A stretch of 64,000 bases of DNA from Candidatus Kuenenia stuttgartensis (GTDB lineage Bacteria > Planctomycetota > Planctomycetia > Pirellulales > UBA1268): assembly GCA_945891385.1 (NCBI GenBank), contig CAMDDJ010000007.1, positions 4,775 to 68,774 on the forward strand, written 5' to 3'. The notes beneath the pieces were generated by a model. It saw only the letters and a list, made by a program, of their open reading frames with translations, searched no databases and had not been told where the DNA came from. Shown in pieces: positions 30,468 through 41,000 of this stretch. The translations under genes were made by a program, and so were the position numbers. Within the stretch, counting starts at the first letter, position 1; each line of letters opens with the position of its first letter.

Positions 30468-32726
30468 ATGTTCCGCTTCCAGCGTCGCCGCTTGCTCGAG
30501 GGGCTGGCCGTGGTTCCGGCGTTCGCCGCGTTTCGGGCTTGGGGCACGCCATCGGTCCCAGCCGAGGATCTGATCGAGCATGTTCGTCAGGCGGCGGGAG
30601 GCTGGGACCAGTCGCTGTACGCTCGCCTGCTCGGCAACGCCAACGCCTTCAAGGAAGGCGATGAGATCGTGGGCGTAGCGGCGGCCAACGAGCCAGACCG
30701 GCAACGGGCCCGCCGGCTGCTCGGCCGCACGAGACTGCGGGACATCGATGCGCATCCCCCCTTCTCCGATGGGCTCTCGGCCGCCCTTGCCGCTGATCTC
30801 GACTCCGCCGCGCAGACCCGCACCGGCGATTGGACGTTGGACGACCTCAAAGCCTTCCTCCTCACCCAGCCCGAGCCTGCCATCAAGGCGATCATGCCCG
30901 GGCTCTCGAGCGACGTGATCGCATGTGTCGTGCGGCTGATGAGCAACGACGAGCTGATTCGCGTCGGCGACACGGTCTACAACCCACTGCCCGGCACGCA
31001 GATCGGCGGCCGCGGCTGCCTCGCTGCGCGACTGCAGCCGAACTCTCCGACCGACCATCCCGATGACATCCGCTGGCAGGTCTTCGACGGCTGGGCCTAC
31101 GGCGTGGGCGATGTCGTGCTGGGCACCAATCCGGTGTCGAGCGAGCCGGCGAGCGTGCGGGGAGTCTCCGACACGCTTCGCGAGGTGCTCGAGGCCTTCG
31201 CACTCTCCGACGTGATGCCCCACTGCGTGCTCGCCCACATCGACGTGCAGGCGGAGGTTGATTCCGCCGCGCCGGGCTCCACGGGGGTGTGGTTTCAGAG
31301 CATCGCCGGCAGCGACGCGGCCAACGCCACCTTCGATGTGTCGCTCGAGAAGATGCTCCGGCATGCCGACTCCCGCCGCGGCCGCTGGGGGCTCTATTTC
31401 GAGACGGGTCAGGGCGCCGACTTCACCAACGGCCACGCCCAGGGCACCGACATGGTGATCCATGAGTCGCGAAAATACGGCTTCGCGAGGCTGCTCTCCC
31501 ACCGGGTGGCCCGGGCTCGGGGAGGGCCGGCCTGGGTGCATGTCAACGACGTGGCGGGATTCATCGGGCCGGAGGTGTTTCGCACGCGGGAGCAGCTCGT
31601 TCGCTGCTGCCTCGAGGACCTCGTGATGGGCAAGTTGCACGGGCTCTGCATCGGGCTCGATGTCTGCGCCACGCTCCACATGGACGTCTCGCTCGACGAC
31701 CTCGACTGGTGTCTCGAGCAGGTGATGCCGGCCCGGCCCGCCTACCTGATGGCCCTGCCCACCAAGGTCGATCCGATGCTCGGCTACCTCACTACCGGCT
31801 TCCAGGATCACGTGCGGCTGCGGCGGAGGTTCGGCTGCCGCGGCGAGCCGCGGATGGAAGCCTTCTTCCAACGGCTCGGGGTGCTCGATGGCGACGGGCT
31901 GCCTGGGCCGCACTTCGGCGACCCGGGCCACGTGCACCTCGCGTTTCGCCGGGCCTGTGGCGACGGCCGGCCCGACGAGGCGATCCTGGCGGAAGGGCGG
32001 GCCGAGATGGCGGCCGTGCGAAGTCGGGGCGTGTTCCTGGCCGAGGGGCATGGCACGCTGCCGGAGGCCCTGGAGCCGCAGCTCGCCGCCACGATCGGCC
32101 GGATCTACGCCGACGCCAAGCAGAGCATCTGGGCGGAGTTCGACGCCGGCTTTCGGGCGTCGCAGGCGGGGAGCCTTCTGGTCGAGACGGAGTCGGCCGA
32201 CCGCCGCGACTACATCCTGCATCCGACCGGCGGCGAGCAGCTTGTGGCGGCGTCGCAGGCGGCCATCGCCGCGGAGCGTGACCGCCTCGCAGAGCACGAT
32301 GCCGACGTGCTCGTCGTCATCTCCGACGGGCTCAACCCGCTTGCGATCATGGATCTCGCCCAGCTCGAGCCCTTTCTCGAGGCCTTGCAGGGCGGGCTCG
32401 TGGCGGCCGGTCACCGCCCCGCCCCGCGGCGGATCGTGGTCACTTCGGGCCGGGTCCGCGTGGGCTATCGAATCGGTGAGGCGATGTTCGCGGGACGATC
32501 CGGGCCGCGAGTCGTGCTCCATGTGGTCGGGGAGCGGCCGGGCACCGGCCACCGCACCTTCTCCACCTATCTCACCTGCCGGCGGGGCGAGGCCTGGGGC
32601 GAGCCCGGTGGCACCGACCACCAGCACACCCGCGTTATTGCGGGCATCGCCACCACGGCCCTTGACCCGGTCCGGGCGGCGGCCGACGTCCTGCGGGTGC
32701 TCGAGGGCGAGTGGCGGCGGGCGTGA
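30468..32726 (+). CDS. eutBC: ethanolamine ammonia-lyase, fused large (EutB) and small (EutC) subunits, with a twin-arginine-like N-terminus
   Basis: EutB-type motifs are RLQPNSP, VLGTNPVS, LYFETGQG, HESRKYGFAR and NDVAGFIGPEVF. They are followed by EutC-type DVLVVISDGLN, SGRVRVGYRIGE and VVGERPGTG. The N-terminus is MFRFQRRRLLEGLAVVPAFAAFRA. Confidence 0.85.
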   Translation: MFRFQRRRLLEGLAVVPAFAAFRAWGTPSVPAEDLIEHVRQAAGGWDQSLYARLLGNANAFKEGDEIVGVAAANEPDRQRARRLLGRTRLRDIDAHPPFSDGLSAALAADLDSAAQTRTGDWTLDDLKAFLLTQPEPAIKAIMPGLSSDVIACVVRLMSNDELIRVGDTVYNPLPGTQIGGRGCLAARLQPNSPTDHPDDIRWQVFDGWAYGVGDVVLGTNPVSSEPASVRGVSDTLREVLEAFALSDVMPHCVLAHIDVQAEVDSAAPGSTGVWFQSIAGSDAANATFDVSLEKMLRHADSRRGRWGLYFETGQGADFTNGHAQGTDMVIHESRKYGFARLLSHRVARARGGPAWVHVNDVAGFIGPEVFRTREQLVRCCLEDLVMGKLHGLCIGLDVCATLHMDVSLDDLDWCLEQVMPARPAYLMALPTKVDPMLGYLTTGFQDHVRLRRRFGCRGEPRMEAFFQRLGVLDGDGLPGPHFGDPGHVHLAFRRACGDGRPDEAILAEGRAEMAAVRSRGVFLAEGHGTLPEALEPQLAATIGRIYADAKQSIWAEFDAGFRASQAGSLLVETESADRRDYILHPTGGEQLVAASQAAIAAERDRLAEHDADVLVVISDGLNPLAIMDLAQLEPFLEALQGGLVAAGHRPAPRRIVVTSGRVRVGYRIGEAMFAGRSGPRVVLHVVGERPGTGHRTFSTYLTCRRGEAWGEPGGTDHQHTRVIAGIATTALDPVRAAADVLRVLEGEWRRA

Positions 32727-32776
32727 GCCGCGGCCGTCCCGATCACCCTCGAAACCCCTCCTGGAAACCTTTGCCC

Positions 32777-33214
32777 ATGCCGATTCATGGATACCTGCTG
32801 GCCATCGTGGCCGCCGTGCTCTGGGGCCTGCTCTACGTGCTCGACGAGCGGCTGCTCGGAGCGATGTCGATCTATCGGCTCTACTTCTTGCATTCGGTGG
32901 CCGGCGTCGTGGTGGCCGGGGCGGTGCTGCTCGCCCAGGGCGAACCCCCTGCGTCGCTCCTGCGGATCTCCTGGCCTGGAGCGGGACCGGCCTGGGTGCT
33001 CACCACGATGGCGGTGGTGGCCCTCGCCTGCCTTGCGATCTTCGCGTCGATCCAGGCGCTTGGCGCGGGACGGGCCGCGGTGCTCGAGATTTCCTACCCG
33101 CTGTTCGTGGCCGCCTTCGCCTGGCTGCTCTTTCGCCAGCCGGTGGAATGGCCGGTGATGCTCGGAGGAGTCTTCATCTTCATCGGCTCCGCGATCATCG
33201 TCACCTGGGGTTGA
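32777..33214 (+). CDS. small EamA/DMT-like membrane protein (single EamA domain)
   Basis: 145 aa from ATG 32777, 4-5 hydrophobic segments. The LAIVAAVLWGL pattern is typical of EamA domains. Confidence 0.6.
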   Translation: MPIHGYLLAIVAAVLWGLLYVLDERLLGAMSIYRLYFLHSVAGVVVAGAVLLAQGEPPASLLRISWPGAGPAWVLTTMAVVALACLAIFASIQALGAGRAAVLEISYPLFVAAFAWLLFRQPVEWPVMLGGVFIFIGSAIIVTWG

Positions 33215-33428
33215 GCCGGCTGCCAGTCGCGTCAGGTGAGAAACTTGGCGAACGGATGGAAGCAAAGGCGGTTCCCGGGATCCAGCTGGGCACCGAATTG
33301 ACCGGTTCCGCCGGCAAAACAGCTGGCAAGCCCGATGTCCGCCAACGGGGGCGAACGGTCGTGTGCTACCCGCCATCGTCCGGGTGGCCTATGCTACTGC
33401 AGAGATCGATATTCCTGGGGGTACCGTT

Positions 33429-33638
33429 ATGGCCGACAAACAATCGAACAACTGGCCCGACCTTCTGATCGGCCTGTACGACAATCTCACCGGACGCGGC
33501 GCCGAGATCACGTACGAGTTTGACGACATGCACATCAAGATTCCGAGCGGAACCGGCTCCTCGGCCGAGCATGCCGAGTGGGTGCTGCACGGGACGATCA
33601 AGATCCGGACGCGGGATGCGGCCAATTCCCCAAACTGA
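33429..33638 (+). CDS. small hypothetical protein (69 aa)
   Basis: ATG 33429 (MADKQSNNWPDLLIGLYDNLTGRGAEITYEF...). GC is visibly lower than the surroundings. Its stop overlaps the next start (TGATG at 33636-33640). Confidence 0.45.
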   Translation: MADKQSNNWPDLLIGLYDNLTGRGAEITYEFDDMHIKIPSGTGSSAEHAEWVLHGTIKIRTRDAANSPN

Positions 33639-33907
33639 TGCTGGCCGGGCGACTCACCGGAACGCTGAACGGTCGCCCGGTCGTGATTGATGCGGATGAG
33701 CGGGGCCTGACGGTACGATTCTCGTCGTTCCGCTCGGCCTGGGTTGCAAGCCGTACGGCATTCCGGTGGATGCCGCTGGTGAGGAGTCTTGGGCAACTGC
33801 ACGTTGGGCTCCGGGTCTCGATCAGCGGTTTGATTGCCTTCGAGGTGCTGCCCAGCCCGAGCGGCCTGCTGAGAATGCTCCTGCCGGGGTTGCCGAAACC
33901 GGTGTGA
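33638..33907 (+). CDS. small hypothetical protein (89 aa)
   Basis: ATG 33638 is coupled to the previous stop. No family recognised. The C-terminal half is hydrophobic. Confidence 0.4.
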   Translation: MLAGRLTGTLNGRPVVIDADERGLTVRFSSFRSAWVASRTAFRWMPLVRSLGQLHVGLRVSISGLIAFEVLPSPSGLLRMLLPGLPKPV

Positions 33908-33974
33908 GCGGTCCAAGAATGACGGTCGTTGAAGATTCACGATTGACGGCTCGGCCCTGATTTGGAGCGATGCC

Positions 33975-34883
33975 GTGACCGGTGCGATCCGCAGAGGCCT
34001 CGCGGCACTCTTTGACCGACTCGACACGCCGGCGGTGCACGCCAGGCTCGAGCGGGCGGTCGTCACCGCCGCCAGCCTCGGCTTCGTGATTCACCTCGCC
34101 ATCATCGGAGTGGCTCGATTGCTGCCCGATCTGCCCAAGACGGTCTTCGAGGGGCTCGACGAGAGCCCGCTCCATGCGGTCTACACCCCGTTCAGCGTGA
34201 TCCTGTTCTACGAGGTCGTGCTGCTGGTATTCGCGTTGGCTGCCTCGCACACCGGTGAGATTGCCAAGCAGTATCAGATCGTGTCGTTGATCGTCGTGAG
34301 GCGAGTGTTCAAGGACATCGGCAGCTTCCACGAACTGGAGAATTGGCTGGCCGAGCCGGAGGCGGTTCGGGCGGTGCTGCTCGACATGGTCGGTGCGGTG
34401 CTGATGTTTCTGCTGGTGACGGGGTTCGCGACGCTGCGGCTCGTAACGCCCAAAACCCCGATCCGCCGAGACCTGCAGGGCTTCATCCAGCTCAAGAAGG
34501 CGATGGCCGTCCTCCTCCTCGTCGTTTTGGTTGGGCTCGCCGCGCTCAACCTGGCCAGTTGGCTCGGCCTGGTCCGAGGCCTTCCGGCGGCCATGGCGCC
34601 GCGGCCGGCCGACGTGGACCTCTTCTTCTTTCCGAGGTTCTTCGAGTTCATGATCTTCACCGACGTGTTTCTGCTGATCGTGTCGCTCGCCTACTACGAG
34701 CGGTATCAATACCTGTTTCGCAACGCCGGATTCGTGATCTCCACCGTTCTGCTGCGAATCTCCCTGTCCACACCGAAACCCTACGATCTGCTGCTCGCAC
34801 TCACCGCGATGGTGTACGGACTCGCAGTGCTCGGCGTCTTCGCCTGGTTTTCTGCCATCGAAGAGCGGTCCGGAGAGGGATGA
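33975..34883 (+). CDS. hypothetical multi-pass membrane protein
   Basis: GTG start with GGAG 7 nt upstream. 302 aa with about 7 hydrophobic segments. No family recognised. Confidence 0.55.
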   Translation: MTGAIRRGLAALFDRLDTPAVHARLERAVVTAASLGFVIHLAIIGVARLLPDLPKTVFEGLDESPLHAVYTPFSVILFYEVVLLVFALAASHTGEIAKQYQIVSLIVVRRVFKDIGSFHELENWLAEPEAVRAVLLDMVGAVLMFLLVTGFATLRLVTPKTPIRRDLQGFIQLKKAMAVLLLVVLVGLAALNLASWLGLVRGLPAAMAPRPADVDLFFFPRFFEFMIFTDVFLLIVSLAYYERYQYLFRNAGFVISTVLLRISLSTPKPYDLLLALTAMVYGLAVLGVFAWFSAIEERSGEG

Positions 34884-35019
34884 GCCGGCGGGGCGTGCTC
34901 TCGGGAAAACCCGCTCTCCGCGTCAGGCCACCACGAGGCGAGTGGCAGCACGTCCGGTCCCAGTTGACGTATGATCGGAGCGACCGGGCGCAGGTGGCGT
35001 ATCGGTCGGGAGTCGTGTG

Positions 35020-35760
35020 ATGAGCCTGCTGTCCCTCGAACCTGCGCGGCAGGCTGAACTGATGGACGACCCCGGCCTGCCGGAGGCGGAGCATCGGCAC
35101 GCGCTCGCGGCCCTCGCGACGATCAATGCCGTATCACGAACCGCTGCCCAGCTCGCAGGGGCCGCCCTCGCGCTGGTGCCGCCTCAGCGGGCCGAACAGG
35201 TGCACGTCGTCGATCTTGCCTGCGGCGGCGGAGACGTGACGCTGGCCTGTGGCCGGCGGCTGGCTCGGTCGCTCGGTGGCCGCGAGATCGTCGTGACGGG
35301 TGTCGACATGAGCCGCCGTGGACTCGAGCGGGCCGCGGCCCGGATCGCGGCCGCTCGGGCGTCGGTTGCGGGGCTGCCGCTGCGGTTCAGTTGGCTGACC
35401 CGTGATCTCGTGGTCAGCGGCTGCCTGCCCTGTGACATCTCGATCAGTTCGCTCTTTCTCCATCATCTGGAAGATGGGCAGGCCGTCCGTGTGCTGCGGT
35501 CGATGGCCGAGCATTGTCGCCTGGGATTCGTGGTGTCCGACCTGATCCGCAGCAGGCTCGGACTCGCGTTGGCGGTCGTGGGCACGAGCCTGCTCTCTGG
35601 CTCCCGGGTGGCCAGGAACGACGGCCCGCTCTCCGTGCGGGCGGCCCGCACGCCTCGCGAGTACCGGGAACTGCTGGCCGCGGCGGGATTGGCCTCGGCG
35701 ACAGTCCGGCGGGTGTGGCCGGAGCGGGTGCTGATCACCTGGCGGCGGGACGTGGCATGA
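35020..35760 (+). CDS. class I SAM-dependent methyltransferase (type III PKS-associated)
   Basis: Motif I is VVDLACGGGDVT. GTG 35017 is also possible as a start. The stop overlaps the next ATG (ATGA at 35757-35760). A paralogue lies at 57046-57879. Confidence 0.75.
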   Translation: MSLLSLEPARQAELMDDPGLPEAEHRHALAALATINAVSRTAAQLAGAALALVPPQRAEQVHVVDLACGGGDVTLACGRRLARSLGGREIVVTGVDMSRRGLERAAARIAAARASVAGLPLRFSWLTRDLVVSGCLPCDISISSLFLHHLEDGQAVRVLRSMAEHCRLGFVVSDLIRSRLGLALAVVGTSLLSGSRVARNDGPLSVRAARTPREYRELLAAAGLASATVRRVWPERVLITWRRDVA

Positions 35761-36983
35761 TCGCATCAGCAGCGGGCACCGGCGTTCCGGCCACGCTCTC
35801 GCCCGATGAGGCGGCCAGGGTGCCCTGGAGCACGATCGTGATCGGCAGCGGCCCGGCCGGGACTGCGGTGGCGATTCGCCTGGCCCGGGCTGGCCGACGG
35901 ATTCTCCTCGTGGACCGCGAAAGCATGCCGCGGCCGAAAGTCTGCGGCTGCTGCCTCTCGTCGCGGGCGCTGGTCGAACTCCGGGGGTTGGGGTGTGCCA
36001 CCGATGATCGTGGCCGGCTGCTCGGCGCGATGCCGCTCGACCGGGTCCGATTGGTCGCCGCCGCGCGGACGGTCACGCTTCCCCTTCCGGTCGGCGGCAC
36101 GCTGTCGCGGGAGTCTCTCGACGCGGCGCTCGTGCGAACGGCGATCGCGGCCGGCGCCGCCTGGCTGCCCTGGAGCCACGTCACGGGCGTGGCAGAGCCG
36201 TGCGGTCCGCCGCCCTGCGTCACGGTCACCTGTCGCGCGGCGGCCGGAGCGGTGTTTTCGCTCAGGGCGGATTGCGCCGTCATCGCCACCGGGCTCGCCG
36301 ATCACGTGCGGGTGCCGGGGAGTGCCCCGCGCACAATCGAGCCCGGCAGCCGAATCGGCGTGGGCACGACCCTCGCGGCCAGTTCCATCGACCTGCCGAC
36401 AGGCGAGCTCGTGATGGCGATCGGTCGCGGCGGCTACTGCGGGATCGTGCGGCTTGAAGACGGTCGCATCGATGTGGCAGCCGCCGTCGATCGCAGGCAG
36501 TTGGCCGCCTCGGAGACGATCGGGGCGGCCGTGGCCGAGGTGCTGCGGGAAGCCGCCGGACCCGCACCCTGGGTATCCGCTGTCCGCGCCGCCCTCGCCG
36601 ACGCTGCGATGCAGGCGACGCCCCCGCTGACGCGGTCCGCCGGGACCATGGCTGGCTTCTATGGTCGGGTCCTCCGAGTCGGCGATGCCGCCGGCTATGT
36701 GGAGCCCTTTACGGGCGAGGGAATGGGCTGGGCGCTCACCGGCGGCCGGCTCGCCGCCGAGGCGTTGCTGACGGCCTCGTCGCCGGCTACGGCATATGGT
36801 CGATCCTTCACGGCCTTTGCGCGGCGGCACCATCGCCGTTGCCGCCGGCTCGCGACGGCGCTCCGCCATCCTCGGCTCGTCGGGGCCGCGATTCGTGTCG
36901 CGGCCGTGACCCCCACTGTCGCCGCGGCCCTCGTTCCGATGCTCGTGGGTATGACAACCCTTTCGGGAGAACCGTCCCCATGA
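35757..36983 (+). CDS. FAD-dependent monooxygenase / geranylgeranyl-reductase-family oxidoreductase
   Basis: The IVIGSGPAGTAVAIRLARAGRRILLVDRE Rossmann motif is 22 aa from the ATG. ATGA overlaps occur at both ends. Confidence 0.8.
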   Translation: MIASAAGTGVPATLSPDEAARVPWSTIVIGSGPAGTAVAIRLARAGRRILLVDRESMPRPKVCGCCLSSRALVELRGLGCATDDRGRLLGAMPLDRVRLVAAARTVTLPLPVGGTLSRESLDAALVRTAIAAGAAWLPWSHVTGVAEPCGPPPCVTVTCRAAAGAVFSLRADCAVIATGLADHVRVPGSAPRTIEPGSRIGVGTTLAASSIDLPTGELVMAIGRGGYCGIVRLEDGRIDVAAAVDRRQLAASETIGAAVAEVLREAAGPAPWVSAVRAALADAAMQATPPLTRSAGTMAGFYGRVLRVGDAAGYVEPFTGEGMGWALTGGRLAAEALLTASSPATAYGRSFTAFARRHHRRCRRLATALRHPRLVGAAIRVAAVTPTVAAALVPMLVGMTTLSGEPSP

Positions 36984-38074
36984 GTCTTGTGATCCGGGGG
37001 ATCGGCACCGCCACCCCACCGCTGCAGATCGCACAGCGCGACGCCGCCATGCTGGCGATCGGATTTGCCAACGCCGAGGCCGGCCGCGAACGGGCCCTCG
37101 CCGCCATCTATCGGCAGACGCGAATCCGCACCCGCGGGTCGGTCTTGCTCGAGGAACCGGGCGACGCAGCCTACGCCCAGAGTTTTTTCCCGGCTGCGAC
37201 CGATGGCGATGATGCCGGCCCGACCACCGCGGACCGGATGACCCGCTATGCCCGGGAGGCAGGGCCGTTGGCGATCGCGGCTGCCCGGACGGCGGTTGGT
37301 GATTCGGGTGTGGCGGCCGATGCGGTCACGCATGTGGTCACCTGTTCCTGCACGGGCTTTGCCAATCCCGGGTTCGATCTGGAGTTGGTCGCGGCCCTCG
37401 ATCTCCCTGCGACCGTCGCCCGAACCCATGTGGGCTTCATGGGCTGCCATGGGGCGTTCAACGCCCTCCGCGTGGCTGACGCCTTCACAACGGCCGATCC
37501 CGCCGCGGTGGTGCTCATGGTGTGCGTCGAACTCTGCAGCCTCCACTTCCAATACGGCACCCGCGGCGATCATGTCGTGGCGAACAGCATCTTCGCCGAT
37601 GGTGCCGCGGCGATCGTGGCGACGGGCGAGGCGGGACGGTCTCAAACCCGCGGGCGGCTGCTCAGCCAGCGGTCGCAGGTGGTCCCCGACTCGACCGATC
37701 AGATGGGCTGGCTGATCGGCGACCACGGCTTCGAAATGACGCTCTCGCCCCGCGTGCCGGACGCACTCGCCCGGCATCTGCCGGACGGCATCGAGGCTCT
37801 GCTCCAGCCACACGGCCTCGGGCGGGCTGACGTCCGATCCTGGGCGGTGCATCCGGGCGGGCCGAGGATTCTGTCGGCCGTGGGGGAGACGCTCGGCTTG
37901 GACGAATCCAACCTGCGGTGCTCCCGTGGCGTGCTGGCCGATCATGGCAACATGTCGAGCGCGACGATTCTCTTCATCCTCGAACGGCTTGCCCGGGAAG
38001 GAGCATCCGGCCCGTGCGTGGCGATGGCCTTCGGCCCCGGGCTCACGGCCGAACTCGCGTTGCTGATGATCTGA
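36980..38074 (+). CDS. type III polyketide synthase (chalcone/stilbene synthase family)
   Basis: 364 aa. Candidate catalytic triad: Cys in [12 protein letters not shown], His in [11 protein letters not shown], Asn in [11 protein letters not shown]. Confidence 0.9.
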   Translation: MSLVIRGIGTATPPLQIAQRDAAMLAIGFANAEAGRERALAAIYRQTRIRTRGSVLLEEPGDAAYAQSFFPAATDGDDAGPTTADRMTRYAREAGPLAIAAARTAVGDSGVAADAVTHVVTCSCTGFANPGFDLELVAALDLPATVARTHVGFMGCHGAFNALRVADAFTTADPAAVVLMVCVELCSLHFQYGTRGDHVVANSIFADGAAAIVATGEAGRSQTRGRLLSQRSQVVPDSTDQMGWLIGDHGFEMTLSPRVPDALARHLPDGIEALLQPHGLGRADVRSWAVHPGGPRILSAVGETLGLDESNLRCSRGVLADHGNMSSATILFILERLAREGASGPCVAMAFGPGLTAELALLMI

Positions 38075-38081
38075 CGACCGC

Positions 38082-41000
38082 TCAGCGCGGAAGCCGCGCC
38101 GTGGGCGTGACGGGCCCCGTCCCGTAGAGGCCGGAGGAAACCATCGTGATGAGGTCGGCGATCGAGAACCGGCCGTCGTAGGTGAAGTCGCCCTCCCACC
38201 AGTGGACGTCGGTGACGCTCGTGCCGTAGCGGCCACCTGCGGAGAGGGCGATCAGGTCCTGGATGTTCACGCTGCCGTCGAGGTTTGTGTCGCCCACTAC
38301 CGCAGGCTGGATCACGAGCGCTCCCTCGGGCGAGACGCGGTAGCCGAGTTCACGAAAGGCAGTGCCTGCGACGATCGCACTCGTGATGCCCGGGCCGGTC
38401 TGACTGCCGCCGCTGCGGCCCGACACGAGCAGGCCGCGAATGGCTGCCAGGTCATAGCCCCCCGCGGCGATCACGAGCCGGGCCGCCCCGAGTTCGAGCC
38501 TGCCAGTCGCGGCGAGGGCGAGGCCCGCGAGCGGCACCTCCTGGCTGGCGACCTCGAAGTGCACGGAGCCGCCGGCCAAGATGTCCAGCGGGCCGGTGCC
38601 GAGGGAGTAGGGATTCGCGACGAGGAGCGTTCCGGCCGCAACCAGTGTGCCGTCGCCGTGGGCATTGGGCCCGGTCAGGATCAGCGTGCCCGCGCCCCGC
38701 TTCACGATGCGTTCACGGCCGCTGCGGGGGGTCGCGTCGGTGACGGTCTCGCCGGCCGGCACGTCGAACACGATCTCGGTGTAGGCCGGCACGATCGTGA
38801 TCGACGTGGCAAGCTGCCGCGACTCGGTCGTCACGAGCACGGTGGCGGAGCCGGAGGCCACCGCCGTGAACAGGCCGGCTGCCGAAATCGAGCCGGCGGT
38901 CGTGGACCAGATCCAGCCAGCCCCGGCGGGCATCGGGTCACCGAACTGATCGAGCACGGTGAGTTGCTGCGACGACTCGGCCGGCATCGGGCTGGTGGCC
39001 CCGATCGATGTGGGCGTGGCCACCACGGTCACGGTGACACTGCTCGTGACCGACCGCTGCTCCGCGTCGGTGATCGTCGCCGTGAAGGTGTAGCTGCCGG
39101 CCTCGGTGAAGATCGCCGTCGTCCGCTTCGAGGTGTTCTTGCCGTTGCCGGTGAAGCTGACAGTCCCCGGGCCGCTTGCGGTCCAGGTGTAGATGAGGCT
39201 CGCCTCCCCACCGTCGTCACTGCCGAGTACGGTCAGCACGGTCGTCACGCCCATAACGGTGGTCGGCGAGGCGGCCGCCGGATTGGCCACGGCAGGCGGT
39301 GTCGAACTCACGAGCGTGGTGGCGACGACGGGATCGCTGATCGTCCCATCGAAGGTCGGATTGAAGGGCATCACCCGGTACTGATACTGCGTGCCCGGGG
39401 CGAGGCCCGAATCGGTCCACGACGTGGCGTTGGCGGCCGCATCACCCAGAAACGTCCAGTTTGTCCCGTCGGTCGAGCGTTCGATCCGGGTGCCGGTCTC
39501 GAGCGTGGAGTCATTCCAGGCAAGCGTGAGGCTCCGGGCCGCGCGGCTGCTGACGCGGAGATTGGAGACGGCGGGCATTCTCGTCTGGGTCGCGATCACG
39601 AGCGGGATGGTGATGCGATCGCCGATCGTCGTCAGGGGCGTGATCCGGAAGGTGTAGGCCGAGCCTGCGGTCAGGCCGCCGGCGTTGTACGCCGTCTGGT
39701 TGGCCGCGAGCGCGGCGATCGAGGTGAAGCTGGTGCCGTTGGTCGAGCGTTCGATCCGGTAGCCGGTCTCGCCGCTCGTGTCGGTCCAATTGAGGAAGAG
39801 CTCCGTGGTGCCGATGCCGAGCACCGTCGGCGTGTAGCCTGCCGCCGATCCGGTCGGTGCGTTCGGCTTGTTGACGGTGCTTACGGCGACCGACGGGGCC
39901 GAGTGGGTCGCCGTGCCGTTCGCCGCCCGCACTCGGTAGAACCACCGCATCGAGCCCCAGACGTTCGCGTCTGTGTAGCGAGTGATGCCGGCCTCGACGG
40001 TCGCCACCTGCGCATACCCGACGCCGTCCACCGAACGCTCGATCACGTAGCCCGCGGCCCCTGCCGTCGCTGTCCAGGAGAGGTCGATCGAGGTGCTGGC
40101 CCCAGCCGCTGGCGCCGCGGTGACGCCCGTCGGTGGGGTCAGGCCGTTGACGGGGCTGGTCGGCGGGCTGGTCGTGCCGGTGATCGCGACATTCGAGAAG
40201 GTCGTGAAGGCTTCGAACCGGCTGTCGGCGAAGCTGCAGGTCGCCAGGCCGACATAGACTGGGCCGCTCATGGCGATCGTCCGGCTGCCGAGCGTCGTCC
40301 AACTCAGGCCGTCGGCGCTGCTGGCGAAGGTGAATTGATTCCCCGACCGGGTGATCCGCACCCAAGGGGCAGGGCCTGTGTTGTTGACGTTCGCCGAACT
40401 CGCCCGAGCGGTGGCCCGGTAGATCGAATCGAGGGTGCCGTCGGGCCTGATCCCGAGGAATGCGTGGGCGCTGTTGGCGTCGAGCGACTGCCGGATCATC
40501 ACGCCCCCCTTCGTCGCCCAGCCGATGTTGTCGAGCGCGTCCACCCGGGCCGTGATCGAACCATTGCCGGCGAGCGTGGCGTGGGTGAAGCGGAACTGGT
40601 CGCTCGTGCCCCAGATGTCGGCCCCGCCGCCCGACTGCGTGAAGACGCCGGTCGTGGCGTCGTAGGCCACACTGCCATGCACCCGGGGCCCGCCCACATC
40701 CGTGCTCGAAAAGTCGACCGGCAGGGGCGTGGCGGCAAACTTGTAGTAGCCGATCTCGTCGTAGTCGCCCCCGCCCGCCACCCGCACGTAATAGGTGCCG
40801 GTTTCGAGCGAGACCGTCAGGTTCTGCTCATTGGTGGGGCCATTGCGATAGTCGGCATCGTCGCGGGCGGCCAGCACGGTGCCAGCCGCATCGACGAGTT
40901 CGAGCCGCGGTTCGGCCTGCGAGTAGTAGAGCGGGGTGGCGCTGAAGGTCCATGGGCCTGCGGCGGTGACGTCGATGCGGAAGACATCGACGTCGGCATC

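Noticed and set aside
30300-32627. 775-aa minus-strand ORF
   Set aside because: It is antisense to the EutBC fusion, which has strong homology motifs. Its own translation is low-complexity and Arg/Gly/Pro-rich.
31888-33468. 526-aa plus-strand ORF overlapping the EutC part and the EamA gene
   Set aside because: It is out of frame with two supported genes and is Arg/Pro/Ser-rich with no motifs.
35766-38236. 422-aa and 513-aa minus-strand ORFs across the PKS operon
   Set aside because: They are antisense to the FAD-monooxygenase and type III PKS genes, which carry clear catalytic motifs.
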